DNA from: Gemmatimonadaceae bacterium | GTDB taxonomy: Bacteria > Gemmatimonadota > Gemmatimonadetes > Gemmatimonadales > Gemmatimonadaceae | Direction of reading: 5' to 3' | Assembly: GCA_049453775.1 (NCBI GenBank) | Contig: JBMTXT010000001.1 | Coordinates: 1-62,376, forward strand | DNA: 62,376 nt | Shown here: piece after piece, positions 20,210 through 28,773 of the stretch | Position numbering within the stretch: the stretch's first letter is position 1 | Layout: each line of letters opens with the position of its first letter | The notes under the pieces: generated by a model | Told to the model about the DNA's origin: nothing | Database searches by the model: none | What the model saw: the letters and a program-made list of their open reading frames with translations, nothing else | Translations under genes and position numbers: made by a program

Positions 20210-22233
20210 CGCTCACTCCCGCGCATCGGCGCGAATCGCACCACGCTCCCCGAGGGGAGCATCGTCCCCCCGACGGGCGAGGTCTCCCCTGCCACGCCGG
20301 TCCCGTCGATCGTCACTCGGAAGCCGGCGCGATGCAGGGTACGCACCGCCTCCCGCGTGGAGAGCCCTCGCACCTCCGGGACTGGACGGGAGATCACCAC
20401 GCGGCGTGGCGGGCGCATCGGGACAGCGAGGTCGTAGACGACCGGCGCATCGGAGGTATCGAGGGCCCGCGGGGCGGTCGCTGCGGTCGGCACGGCCACG
20501 CGCGTCGCCGTCGTCGTCTCGGGCGCCGCGCGCCCCGTCGTCGCTGGCGTGGGGGTCACCGCCACCGCCGCGGGAGGGACCGAGGGCGCCCCCTTCAACT
20601 CGAGCGCCCCATCGCGCGCCGCCAACGCCGCCTGCAACACCGCCTTCGTCACTGGGGCCGCGATCTCACCGCCGTAGAACGCGCCCTGCGGCGCATCGAG
20701 CTTCACCAGGATCACGAGTTGCGGATCCTCCGCCGGGAAGAACCCGACGAAGCTCGCCGTGTACGCCCCCTCCTCATACCCGCGCCCGTCATCGCGCATC
20801 CGGCGTGCCGTCCCCGACTTCCCCGCGACCCCATACCCGGCGAGATCGGCGCGCCCCCCCGTCCCCGTCGTCACCACGTCGCGGAGCAACTTCCGCATCG
20901 TCGCGGCCGTCGCGGGCGACATCACCCGCCGCACCACACGACGCGACGCGCGGAAGCGCACCGACCCCTCGGGGCCGCGCACCTCACGCACGAGCGTCGG
21001 CTCGAGCAACTCCCCCCCGTTGGCGAACGCCGCGTACGCCATCGCCAGCTGCAACGGCGTCACCGAGAGCTCATACCCCATGGCCAGCGAGGCCGGGGAC
21101 TGCTTCGACCACTCGGGGACCGGACGCAACCGCCCCGGCGACTCCGAGGGATAGGGCACCCCGGTCACCATGCCGAACCCGACATCCCGCAGCGCCTCGT
21201 ACTGTTCGCGCACCGTGAGCCGCTCCGCGAGCTGGATGATCCCCACGTTCGACGATTGGCTGATCACCTCGGCGACCGTCATCGAGGCCGCCTCATGCAC
21301 ATCCTTGATCGTGCGCCCATGGCGCTCGATCACCCCGTTGTAGGTCGGGATCACCTCGTCGAGCTGCACGCGCCCCCGCTCGATGAGCGCCGCCGCGATC
21401 ACGGGCTTCACCGTCGATCCCGGCTCATAGGGCTCGGTGAGCGCCGTCGCCCCTGACGCATCCGCCTGCGCCCGCCGACTCGCCAGCGCCCGGATCTCCC
21501 CGGTGTGCGGGTCGAGGAGGAGCACATCCCCACCGCGCGCATTGCGCTCGGTGATCGCATCGGTCAGCACGCGCTCCGCGATATCCTGTAGCGGTTGGTG
21601 GATCGTCAGCACCACCGACCGGCCATCCACTGGAGGGACGCTCCGCTCCTCCGGCGAGGCCAGCGCGCCCGCGCGCCCCGTGCGCACCAAGACGGTCCGC
21701 CCCTTCTCCCCCTCCAGCACCGCGTTCAACGACGCCTCGACCCCGCCCACCGCCTGCCCGTCGCGATCGGTGGTCCCGAGGAGATTGCGGAGCCCCTGGG
21801 TGGGCGGGGGGACCCGCTCGAGCACCGGCCGCGGATGCACCCCGCGCATGGCCAGGAGATCCTCGACCTCCGTGGAGAGGAACCGCCCAGGGAGCTCGAC
21901 CCACTTCCGCTTCGGATCGGTCGCCCGCGCGATGAAGGTCTCCGGGACCCCGTTCCGCTGGAGCGCGGTGCGCAGCACGGCACGGTCGCGCACCTCGGTC
22001 GGCGCGATGTCCAACCGCACGAGCGACCGACTCTCGACGAGCACCGTCCCCGCCCGATCGAGGATCGCCCCGCGGCGCGGCGGGACCTCCTTCTCGACCG
22101 TCTGTTGGGCACGCGCGACCTCGGACCACCGGTCGCGCTGATAGAGCTGGATCCAGGCCGCGCGCAGCAACAGCGCGCCGGCGAAGAGGAGGAACGCCCC
22201 GTGCACGAGGCCGAGGCGACTGACGCGAATCAC
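20206..22233 (-). CDS. ftsI: class B penicillin-binding protein FtsI/PBP3 with C-terminal PASTA domain
   Basis: N-terminal TM, RGAILDR, EPGSTVK (SxxK), SSN, GKSGTA. GTG at 22233 overlaps the ftsL stop. Confidence 0.93.
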   Translation of the reverse strand: MIRVSRLGLVHGAFLLFAGALLLRAAWIQLYQRDRWSEVARAQQTVEKEVPPRRGAILDRAGTVLVESRSLVRLDIAPTEVRDRAVLRTALQRNGVPETFIARATDPKRKWVELPGRFLSTEVEDLLAMRGVHPRPVLERVPPPTQGLRNLLGTTDRDGQAVGGVEASLNAVLEGEKGRTVLVRTGRAGALASPEERSVPPVDGRSVVLTIHQPLQDIAERVLTDAITERNARGGDVLLLDPHTGEIRALASRRAQADASGATALTEPYEPGSTVKPVIAAALIERGRVQLDEVIPTYNGVIERHGRTIKDVHEAASMTVAEVISQSSNVGIIQLAERLTVREQYEALRDVGFGMVTGVPYPSESPGRLRPVPEWSKQSPASLAMGYELSVTPLQLAMAYAAFANGGELLEPTLVREVRGPEGSVRFRASRRVVRRVMSPATAATMRKLLRDVVTTGTGGRADLAGYGVAGKSGTARRMRDDGRGYEEGAYTASFVGFFPAEDPQLVILVKLDAPQGAFYGGEIAAPVTKAVLQAALAARDGALELKGAPSVPPAAVAVTPTPATTGRAAPETTTATRVAVPTAATAPRALDTSDAPVVYDLAVPMRPPRRVVISRPVPEVRGLSTREAVRTLHRAGFRVTIDGTGVAGETSPVGGTMLPSGSVVRFAPMRGSER

Positions 22234-22520
22234 GGTGGGACGGACCCCGGGGTCGGACGTGGTAGACGGATGACGAGGCTCTCGGCCGGCACGCGCAGAC
22301 CGAGCCGTTCCTCGACGGAGCGCGCGAGCTGCGCTCGACTGGAGGCGTTCCGGATCTCCGCCTCGAGCGCCGCCTGCGTGGCCTCGAGCGCCGTCCGACG
22401 CTGCTCCAGCGCGCGCAGGGCACGCGCCTGAGCCAGCCCCGTGCTCCGCCTCCATATGACGCCTGTGGCCAGCACAAAGAAACCGAGGAGTCCGAGCAGG
22501 AGCTTCGTGCGTCCGCGCAT
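22230..22520 (-). CDS. ftsL: cell division protein FtsL
   Basis: 96 aa: short cytoplasmic tail, one TM, leucine-heptad coiled coil, ending LGLRVP; sits between rsmH and ftsI. Confidence 0.8.
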   Translation of the reverse strand: MRGRTKLLLGLLGFFVLATGVIWRRSTGLAQARALRALEQRRTALEATQAALEAEIRNASSRAQLARSVEERLGLRVPAESLVIRLPRPTPGSVPP

Positions 22521-22522
22521 GG

Positions 22523-23527
22523 TCAGCCTCCCCCGCCGGCGCGGCGCCAGCAACGCAACTTGGCGCTCCGCGCCCGAGGATTCCGCGCGATCTCCTCCAC
22601 GGTGGCGAGCATCGCCTTCCGGGTCAGGGCCGTGCCGAGGGCCACGCCCCCGCAGGTGCACCGCGGCTGGAGCGGCGGACAGCTGCACGCCGTGCTCCAC
22701 TCGCGAAAGGCATGCTTCACCACCCGATCCTCCCCAGAGTGATAGCTGATCACCGCCAAGACCCCCCCCGACGTGAGTCGCTCACGCAGCGAGACCAACG
22801 CGTGCCGCAGCCCGTCGAGTTCGTCATTCACCCCGATCCGCACCGCCTGGAAGAGCCGCGCGAACTCGGACGGGCCGCTGCGCGGGCCCAGCACCGCGCG
22901 GATCGCCCCTACGAGATCATCGCTCACCGTGAACGGGGCCCGCGCCCGCCGACGCACGATCTCCTGCGCGAGACGACGCGCCTTGGGTTCATCCCCCGCC
23001 TCGCGGAAGAGGGTGGTCAGGGCCTCCGCGTCGGCCGTGTTCAGGAGGTCGGCCGCCGTGAGCGCCTGCGTGGGATCCATCCGCATGTCGAGGGGCACGC
23101 CGGGGCGGAAGGAGAAGCCACGCGCATCATCATCGATCTGGTGCGACGAGACCCCGAGATCGAGGAGGATCCCATCGACACGGCGCCCCGTGAGCGCCGC
23201 GACCTCGTCGATCGCATCGTGATTCCCGAGCACCCCCTCGAAGCGACCAACTTCCGCGAGGTCGGCGAGGCGCGCGCGGGCCTCCGCGAGCGCGGCGGGA
23301 TCGCGATCGAGTCCGATCACCTGATGACCGGCGGCGAGCAACGCCGCGCTGTGCCCCCCGCCACCCAAGGTGCCATCGAGGACGGTCGGGCAGGTGCGGA
23401 GCGCCTCGCACACCTCGCGTACCATCACGGGATCATGCCACGCGCTCGCGAAGGCCGCGGCATCCGGGGGGGATGCGAGCGGTGCAGCTGACGGAGCGGG
23501 CACGAAGGCAGGGGTCGAACGCGGCAC
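22523..23527 (-). CDS. rsmH: 16S rRNA m4C1402 methyltransferase RsmH (MraW)
   Basis: HDPVM, DGTLGGGGHS, DLGVSSHQID, LDMRMD, ISYHSGED, NPRARSAKLR. Confidence 0.96.
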   Translation of the reverse strand: MPRSTPAFVPAPSAAPLASPPDAAAFASAWHDPVMVREVCEALRTCPTVLDGTLGGGGHSAALLAAGHQVIGLDRDPAALAEARARLADLAEVGRFEGVLGNHDAIDEVAALTGRRVDGILLDLGVSSHQIDDDARGFSFRPGVPLDMRMDPTQALTAADLLNTADAEALTTLFREAGDEPKARRLAQEIVRRRARAPFTVSDDLVGAIRAVLGPRSGPSEFARLFQAVRIGVNDELDGLRHALVSLRERLTSGGVLAVISYHSGEDRVVKHAFREWSTACSCPPLQPRCTCGGVALGTALTRKAMLATVEEIARNPRARSAKLRCWRRAGGGG

Positions 23528-23554
23528 GGGAGAAAGATGGCGGAGCCGGCCCCG

Positions 23555-23594
23555 AAAAACACGACACCCGCCGACGCGAGCGTCGGCGGGTGTC
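23555..23594 (-). terminator. rho-independent terminator after the TPR gene
   Basis: Perfect 14-bp stem GACACCCGCCGACG/CGTCGGCGGGTGTC with 4-nt loop, followed on the minus strand by GTGTTTTT. Confidence 0.8.
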
Positions 23595-23618
23595 AGGCCC
23601 CGCAGGTCCGCGCGAGGA

Positions 23619-25337
23619 TCAGGGCTTACAGAGCGTCGTGACCTGTCGGTCGATGTACGGCGAGAGCTGGTTCACCAGGCCGAGGATCTGCGCCGCGGCG
23701 TCCGGCGAGGTCCGCCCCCCCTGCTGGGTGTAGGTCATCGCATCGGCCGTCGCGGCCTGCGCCATCTTGGCCTCATCGCAGCTCTTGCTCGCCTGGAGCC
23801 CCGTCGCCGTGATCTGCGCGATGTAGAATGACGAGACGCCGATCAGGAACTTGGCGTTCGACTTGAGCTGGACATCGACCGTCGTGCTATCGGCGAAATG
23901 CAGGTACGGCAGCGCGGCCTGGAACGACGACACCGCCTTGGGATCCTCGGCGCTCGCGGCCCGATAGAGTCGGTTGCCGATCGAGAGTGCGAACCCACCG
24001 ATCTGGTTCGCATCGTCACCCGCGGCCTTCGCCAGCTGGAGCGCGGCGAGCGCGCTGTCCGGCTGATTCAGGTCGTTGTAGGCCACCGCGATCTGCGTCC
24101 AACCATTCGGGATCTTCGGGTCGATCTCCAGCGCCTTCCGTGCCGCGACGATCGACTGCTGCCCCTCCCCCGCCTTCTTGAGGGTCTGGGCGTAGAGCTG
24201 CCAGAGCTCGGCATCCTGCGGATAGCGGGTGGTGGCACGCTTCGCCGCGTCCGCCGCCTTGGTCGCCTGGCTATCCGAGGCGTAGAGGGCGGTGAGGCGT
24301 GTGAAGAACGCCGCATCGGCACGGGTGGAGTCGAGCTGGATCAGCTCCTCACCGGTGGTGATGGCACCCTTCAGATCGCCCGAGGCCGAGAGGATCTTGA
24401 ACTGGAGTTCGACGAGGTCGACGTCCCCAGGATTCTCGGCGACGGCCTTGACCACCACTTCCTTGGCGAGGTCGAGCTTGCCGCTCGCCGCCAGCGCGTC
24501 GATCACGCGGGTCGCGAGGGCGGCATCGCCCGGGTTCGCGGCGAGGAGGCGGAGCAGATAGCCATTCGCCTCCTCCGCATTCCCCGCCTTCTGAGAGGCG
24601 TCCGCCGCCACGGCGAGCGCCGCACGGGAGTTGGGGTCGATCGCGAGGATCTCCTTCGCCATCGCGACCTGCTCGGCCGCGGGGGCCTCCTTGCGCACGA
24701 GCACCTGCATCTTGCAGTAGCGGACGAGCGTCGCTTGCGGATATTCGGCGATCCCCGCGTCTGCGGCCTTCAGCGCCTCGTCGAGCTTATTGTCGCGCGC
24801 GGCGTTCATGCACGCCTTCTCATGTGGCAGCTGCTTGCGTGCCTCCTGGATCGACTTCACGAGTGGCGCCACGGCCCGATCGGCCCGGTTCCCCTCGGCC
24901 ACCGGGAGCGGCTGCACCAGCGACGGGTCGCGCGTCAGTACGATCGACGCCTCGACTTTAAGGTTCACGCCATCGCGGATCACACGGCCACGGAGATAAT
25001 CATCCGCACGCTGCGCCTTCGCGAGCTGCGCCTCATCGCTCGGCGGAAGCTGCTCATCGGTCGGGTACCCCGACTGCTCGAGCATCGAGATGATGTCCTT
25101 CTTGTCGATCACCCAGAGGAGGCGCGACGGGAACGCCCGGATCAGGCGATCCCGGAGCTCGTCCGAGGCCTCCGGGCCCACCACCTTGTCCCCCGAGCCG
25201 AAGACCTGCACCATGGTGCGCGGCGTGTTCGGGTTGGGCGGCGTGCGCGGCGGCTGCGCCCAAGCGGGCACCGCGCCAGAGGCGACGAGGCCGAGGGCCA
25301 GCGTGACGACAGGACGAACCGAGAGCCGAGCCTTCAC
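23619..25337 (-). CDS. secreted tetratricopeptide-repeat protein
   Basis: GAGGAGG Shine-Dalgarno before GTG 25337; signal peptide ending AWA-Q; repeated helical units such as ALEIDPK and ILAIDPN. Confidence 0.8.
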   Translation of the reverse strand: MKARLSVRPVVTLALGLVASGAVPAWAQPPRTPPNPNTPRTMVQVFGSGDKVVGPEASDELRDRLIRAFPSRLLWVIDKKDIISMLEQSGYPTDEQLPPSDEAQLAKAQRADDYLRGRVIRDGVNLKVEASIVLTRDPSLVQPLPVAEGNRADRAVAPLVKSIQEARKQLPHEKACMNAARDNKLDEALKAADAGIAEYPQATLVRYCKMQVLVRKEAPAAEQVAMAKEILAIDPNSRAALAVAADASQKAGNAEEANGYLLRLLAANPGDAALATRVIDALAASGKLDLAKEVVVKAVAENPGDVDLVELQFKILSASGDLKGAITTGEELIQLDSTRADAAFFTRLTALYASDSQATKAADAAKRATTRYPQDAELWQLYAQTLKKAGEGQQSIVAARKALEIDPKIPNGWTQIAVAYNDLNQPDSALAALQLAKAAGDDANQIGGFALSIGNRLYRAASAEDPKAVSSFQAALPYLHFADSTTVDVQLKSNAKFLIGVSSFYIAQITATGLQASKSCDEAKMAQAATADAMTYTQQGGRTSPDAAAQILGLVNQLSPYIDRQVTTLCKP

Positions 25338-25416
25338 GATCTTCCTCCTCAGGGAACGTTGGATCTTCATACACCGGGACCGCGCAGGAACGGTCCGTCG
25401 ATACCGCGAGCTACAG

Positions 25417-25490
25417 TGGGCGAAGAGGGATTCGAACCCCCGACACCCTGCGTGTAAGGCAGGTGCTCTAACCAGCTGAGCTATTCGCCC
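25417..25490 (-). tRNA. tRNA-Val (anticodon TAC), CCA not encoded
   Basis: GGGCGAA/TTCGCCC acceptor stem, TAGCTCAGCTGGTTAGAGC D-arm, CCTGC-CTTACAC-GCAGG anticodon arm, GGTTCGAATCC T-loop. Confidence 0.97.
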
Positions 25491-25518
25491 CGAAGTGCGA
25501 CCCGAGGGGCGCGGTCGC

Positions 25519-25695
25519 TCATTTCAGGATCGCGATGGGGACCAGGATGCAGTACCCGATCACCAACAGGATCGGGGCCACCGTCACCCCGCCCCGCCAC
25601 AGGTCCGCATACCCGACGGCCAAGGCCGCGGCCGCCAGTCCCCACCACAGCGTGGACCGCGATGCCGCGGTCCCCGTTCCGTTCGTTCCGGTCAT
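25519..25695 (-). CDS. small 2-TM protein (58 aa), DUF3098-like C-terminus
   Basis: Hand translation MTGTNGTGTAASRSTLWWGLAAAALAVGYADLWRGGVTVAPILLVIGYCILVPIAILK. It fills the gap, has GC3-rich codons and falls below the 60-aa ORF cutoff. Confidence 0.8.
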   Translation of the reverse strand: MTGTNGTGTAASRSTLWWGLAAAALAVGYADLWRGGVTVAPILLVIGYCILVPIAILK

Positions 25696-25707
25696 AGACG
25701 GAGGAGT

Positions 25708-26805
25708 CTAGACCGGGCCTTCCCCTCTGTCAAATGAACGCATCCCCTCGGGCGAACGTTCGGACGGGGCCCCGCTGGGCCCCTCGCCAAGGAGCGCGGC
25801 GCGCGCGCTCGCCCGCTCCCGCGCCTCCTGCGCCGCGTCCCGTGCGCGGAGCGCTGCCAACCGCGCCCGCTGCCGCCGCCGGCGTTGCCACCAGAGGGGG
25901 AGGAGGAAGACCCCGAGGACGAGGGATAACGCCCCGAGGTCGGCAGCGAGCGCCACGACGCCGTACTGCCGACGGACCCGGGCACGCCACCACCCCTCGA
26001 ACCCCGGCTCGGTCATCCCATGCACCTCCCGCAGGGCTAGATCGAAGGAGCCCTTCGACCGCCAGACGGTGAAGAGACGCGTCAACCCCGCTGCCCCGCC
26101 GAGGGCTCCCAGCTCCGCCACCGCGCGGTGCGCCAGCGCATAGGCCCGGGTCGCCCCGGTCGCCCCCCGCGCGAACGCCGAGTCGAGCGCCGCGAACGAC
26201 GGTACCCCGCGCCACACCAGCCCGAGACTTGTCGCCAGGACCTGCTCGCGCCCCCACTCCCCCGCCGCGTACGAGGCATAGCCCTCGTCGAACCATCTCG
26301 GGACGAGCCCTCCCATCGCCTCGGCGAGCATCAGATGCGCGAGCTCATGGCGCAGCGTCTGCCGCGGCTCCCCCGCATCGGCGCCCGCATCGCGCCCCTG
26401 CATGATGATGAGTCGGCGCGCCGGGATCGCGCTCGCGGCGCCCCAGTCGGGGGCCGTCGGACCGACCCAGGCGCGGAAGACCGTCGCACTCGGCGCGAGC
26501 GCGATCCGCACGCGATCCTGCGGGCGGGGCAGCCCCGGGAAGGTGTCGCGCGCGAGCGCATCCGCGAGGAGGGTGCGCGCGAGGCGCGACTCGCTGGGGA
26601 AGGCGAGGATGGAGAAGCGACCCGCCTCGACCAGTTCGGCCCCCGGCGGCACCGCGGGCCATGCGGGATCCTGCGCCGTCACCGCGGTGGCACGTCCCAT
26701 CAGCGCCACGAGCACGACCGCCGCCCCGACCCCGAGGCGTGGGAGGCACCGGTCCGGCCAGCGCGCCGACGCGCGACACGCCCCCCGCCGCTCGTGGCGG
26801 CTCAC
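25708..26805 (-). CDS. peptidase MA-family zinc metallohydrolase with C-terminal TM anchor
   Basis: HELAH (HExxH), PRWFDEGYA third-ligand Glu, N-terminal signal-like segment; exact start uncertain. Confidence 0.82.
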   Translation of the reverse strand: MSRHERRGACRASARWPDRCLPRLGVGAAVVLVALMGRATAVTAQDPAWPAVPPGAELVEAGRFSILAFPSESRLARTLLADALARDTFPGLPRPQDRVRIALAPSATVFRAWVGPTAPDWGAASAIPARRLIIMQGRDAGADAGEPRQTLRHELAHLMLAEAMGGLVPRWFDEGYASYAAGEWGREQVLATSLGLVWRGVPSFAALDSAFARGATGATRAYALAHRAVAELGALGGAAGLTRLFTVWRSKGSFDLALREVHGMTEPGFEGWWRARVRRQYGVVALAADLGALSLVLGVFLLPLWWQRRRRQRARLAALRARDAAQEARERASARAALLGEGPSGAPSERSPEGMRSFDRGEGPV

Positions 26806-27821
26806 CCCCCCGCCCCGCCCGCGTAGAAACCGAGCGCCTCAAGCGGATCCTCGTCCGCCGCCCAAACGGGATCCCCCGCCACCGCGCGCAGACAGTGCCG
26901 CAGATCCTCGGGCAGCGGGGACCGCAGCTCGATCGGCGCCCCGGTCACCGGGTGCGGGAAGACCAACCAGGCCGCATGGAGGAAGTGGCGCTTCGCGGGG
27001 AGCGCGACGAGCTTGCGACCGCCGCCCCCGCCGTAGGTGTCATCCCCGACCACCGGATGGCCGATCGACGCGAGATGCACGCGGATCTGATGCGTCCGCC
27101 CGGTGTGGAGATGCGCGCGGAGGAGATCGCACGAATCGAAGCGCGCGAGACGATGGAAATCGGTGCGCGCCTGCCGGCCATCGCGCCGGATCGCGACCCG
27201 GGTGCGATCGTTCGGATCGCGTCCCAACGGCTGATCGACGCGCACCTCGTCGGCATCGAGATGCCCCCAGCAGAGCGCGGCGTAGCGCCGCGTGATCGTC
27301 CGCGCCGCCAGTGCGCCACTCAGCACCGCGTGCGCGCGATCGGTCTTGGCGACGATCAAGAGCCCAGAGGTCTCCTTGTCGAGCCGATGCACGAGCCCCA
27401 CACGTTCCGCCCCGCCCCCCGCCGCCAACGCCTGCCCGCGGCCGAGGAGCGCATTCACCAACGTCCCCGACCAATGGCCGGGCGCCGGATGCACCACCAT
27501 CCCCGCAGGCTTGTCGACGACCACCACGTCCTCGTCCTCGTAGGCGACGCGGAGTGGGATCGCCTCGGCGACGATCGCACGCCCCACCGGCGCGGGGATC
27601 GTGACCGCGAGCGTCATCCCTGGCTCGAGACGCAGACTCGCCTTCTCCGCGCGGCCATCGACCTGTACCTGGCCCGTGGCGATCAGCGTCGCGGCCTGCG
27701 TGCGGGAGCGCCCCGTCAGGCGCGCGACGGCGAGATCGAGCCGTTCGCCGCCGTCTGCGATGCCAAAGGTGTATGCGCCAGGCGCCAGCGCGTCCACCGC
27801 GCCCGACGCGTCGCGACTCAC
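26802..27821 (-). CDS. RluA/RluD-family pseudouridine synthase
   Basis: S4 domain (ERLD...SRTQA), DKPAGMVVHP, HRLDKETSG, TGRTHQIRVH. GTG at 27821 overlaps the lspA stop. Confidence 0.94.
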   Translation of the reverse strand: MSRDASGAVDALAPGAYTFGIADGGERLDLAVARLTGRSRTQAATLIATGQVQVDGRAEKASLRLEPGMTLAVTIPAPVGRAIVAEAIPLRVAYEDEDVVVVDKPAGMVVHPAPGHWSGTLVNALLGRGQALAAGGGAERVGLVHRLDKETSGLLIVAKTDRAHAVLSGALAARTITRRYAALCWGHLDADEVRVDQPLGRDPNDRTRVAIRRDGRQARTDFHRLARFDSCDLLRAHLHTGRTHQIRVHLASIGHPVVGDDTYGGGGGRKLVALPAKRHFLHAAWLVFPHPVTGAPIELRSPLPEDLRHCLRAVAGDPVWAADEDPLEALGFYAGGAGG

Positions 27822-28363
27822 GAGCCCGTCGGGGCGTCGGGTGCAGGGACGGCCTTCGCGTCGGCGATCCGCGCCTCCTCCTCGTTCCAGAGCACGAAGG
27901 CCAGAAGGATCGCGCCGGTGCTCACCGCGATGTCCGCGAGGTTGAAGGTCGGCCAGCGCCAGGCCCCCACGCCGACATCGAGGAAGTCGACCACGCCCCG
28001 TGGGGAGATGATCCGATCGACGAAGTTGCCGAACGCCCCACCGGTCACCCCGAGCAAGGCGCGCACCCGCCAGACCGCATCGGGCGGACTCGCGCGATAC
28101 AGGCGCCACATCGTCACCACCGCGACCACGGTGAGGACCATGAAGATCCACCGCGAGTACGCGCCGAGGTGCAGCCCGAAGGCCGCGCCTGGGTTGTAGA
28201 CGAGCGTCAGGCGGAACCAGCCGCCGAGCACCTCGTGCGGCACATACGCGGGCGAGAGCGCGTCCACGGCCAGGTGCTTCGTGACCTGGTCCGCGACGAC
28301 GATCGCCGCGGCGAGACCGAGGAAGCGCGTGGGAGCGACGCCCCCGGGGTCACTTCTTCCCAT
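27818..28363 (-). CDS. lspA: lipoprotein signal peptidase
   Basis: DQVTK, NPGAAFG, GGAFGNFVDR, VVDFL, FNLAD. Start set at ATG 28363. Confidence 0.95.
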   Translation of the reverse strand: MGRSDPGGVAPTRFLGLAAAIVVADQVTKHLAVDALSPAYVPHEVLGGWFRLTLVYNPGAAFGLHLGAYSRWIFMVLTVVAVVTMWRLYRASPPDAVWRVRALLGVTGGAFGNFVDRIISPRGVVDFLDVGVGAWRWPTFNLADIAVSTGAILLAFVLWNEEEARIADAKAVPAPDAPTGS

Positions 28364-28772
28364 CTTCCTCCGCCTGCTTGCACTCGATGCAATAGCGTGC
28401 GTGCGGGAGCGCATCAAGGCGGTCGAAGCCGACCTCGCCCCCGCAGGTGTGGCACTTGCCGAAGGTCTCGGGATGGCGATACAACCGGCGGAGCGCCTCG
28501 TCCACGTGCCACAAGAAGCGCCCTTCCTTGGAGGCGAAGAGGAACGCCTTCTCGCGCTCCATCGCATCGGTCCCCTGATCCGCCATATGGAAGGAGTAGG
28601 CGCTCAGGTCGCCGTCGGCGCCCTGGGGCGTATTCCCGAAGGTCTCGTCGTAGTGCCCGAGGTCCTTCAGGGTGCGCTTGCGCTCCTCCATGAGGCGCTT
28701 CTCGAAGTGCTGGATCCGCTTCTTCGTGAGGGGCTTGAACGGCTTGCCGCCGTCTTTGGGAGTCGCCGCCAT
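28350..28772 (-). CDS. dksA: TraR/DksA-family C4 zinc-finger protein
   Basis: Coiled coil with HMADQGTD tip, CHTC...CIEC zinc finger, AAGGAAGG Shine-Dalgarno. Confidence 0.88.
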   Translation of the reverse strand: MAATPKDGGKPFKPLTKKRIQHFEKRLMEERKRTLKDLGHYDETFGNTPQGADGDLSAYSFHMADQGTDAMEREKAFLFASKEGRFLWHVDEALRRLYRHPETFGKCHTCGGEVGFDRLDALPHARYCIECKQAEEDGKK

Positions 28773-28773
28773 C

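Noticed and set aside
25417-25490. tRNA-Val as an integration site for an island
   Set aside because: No integrase, no duplicated tRNA 3' end and no compositional shift in the flanking genes.
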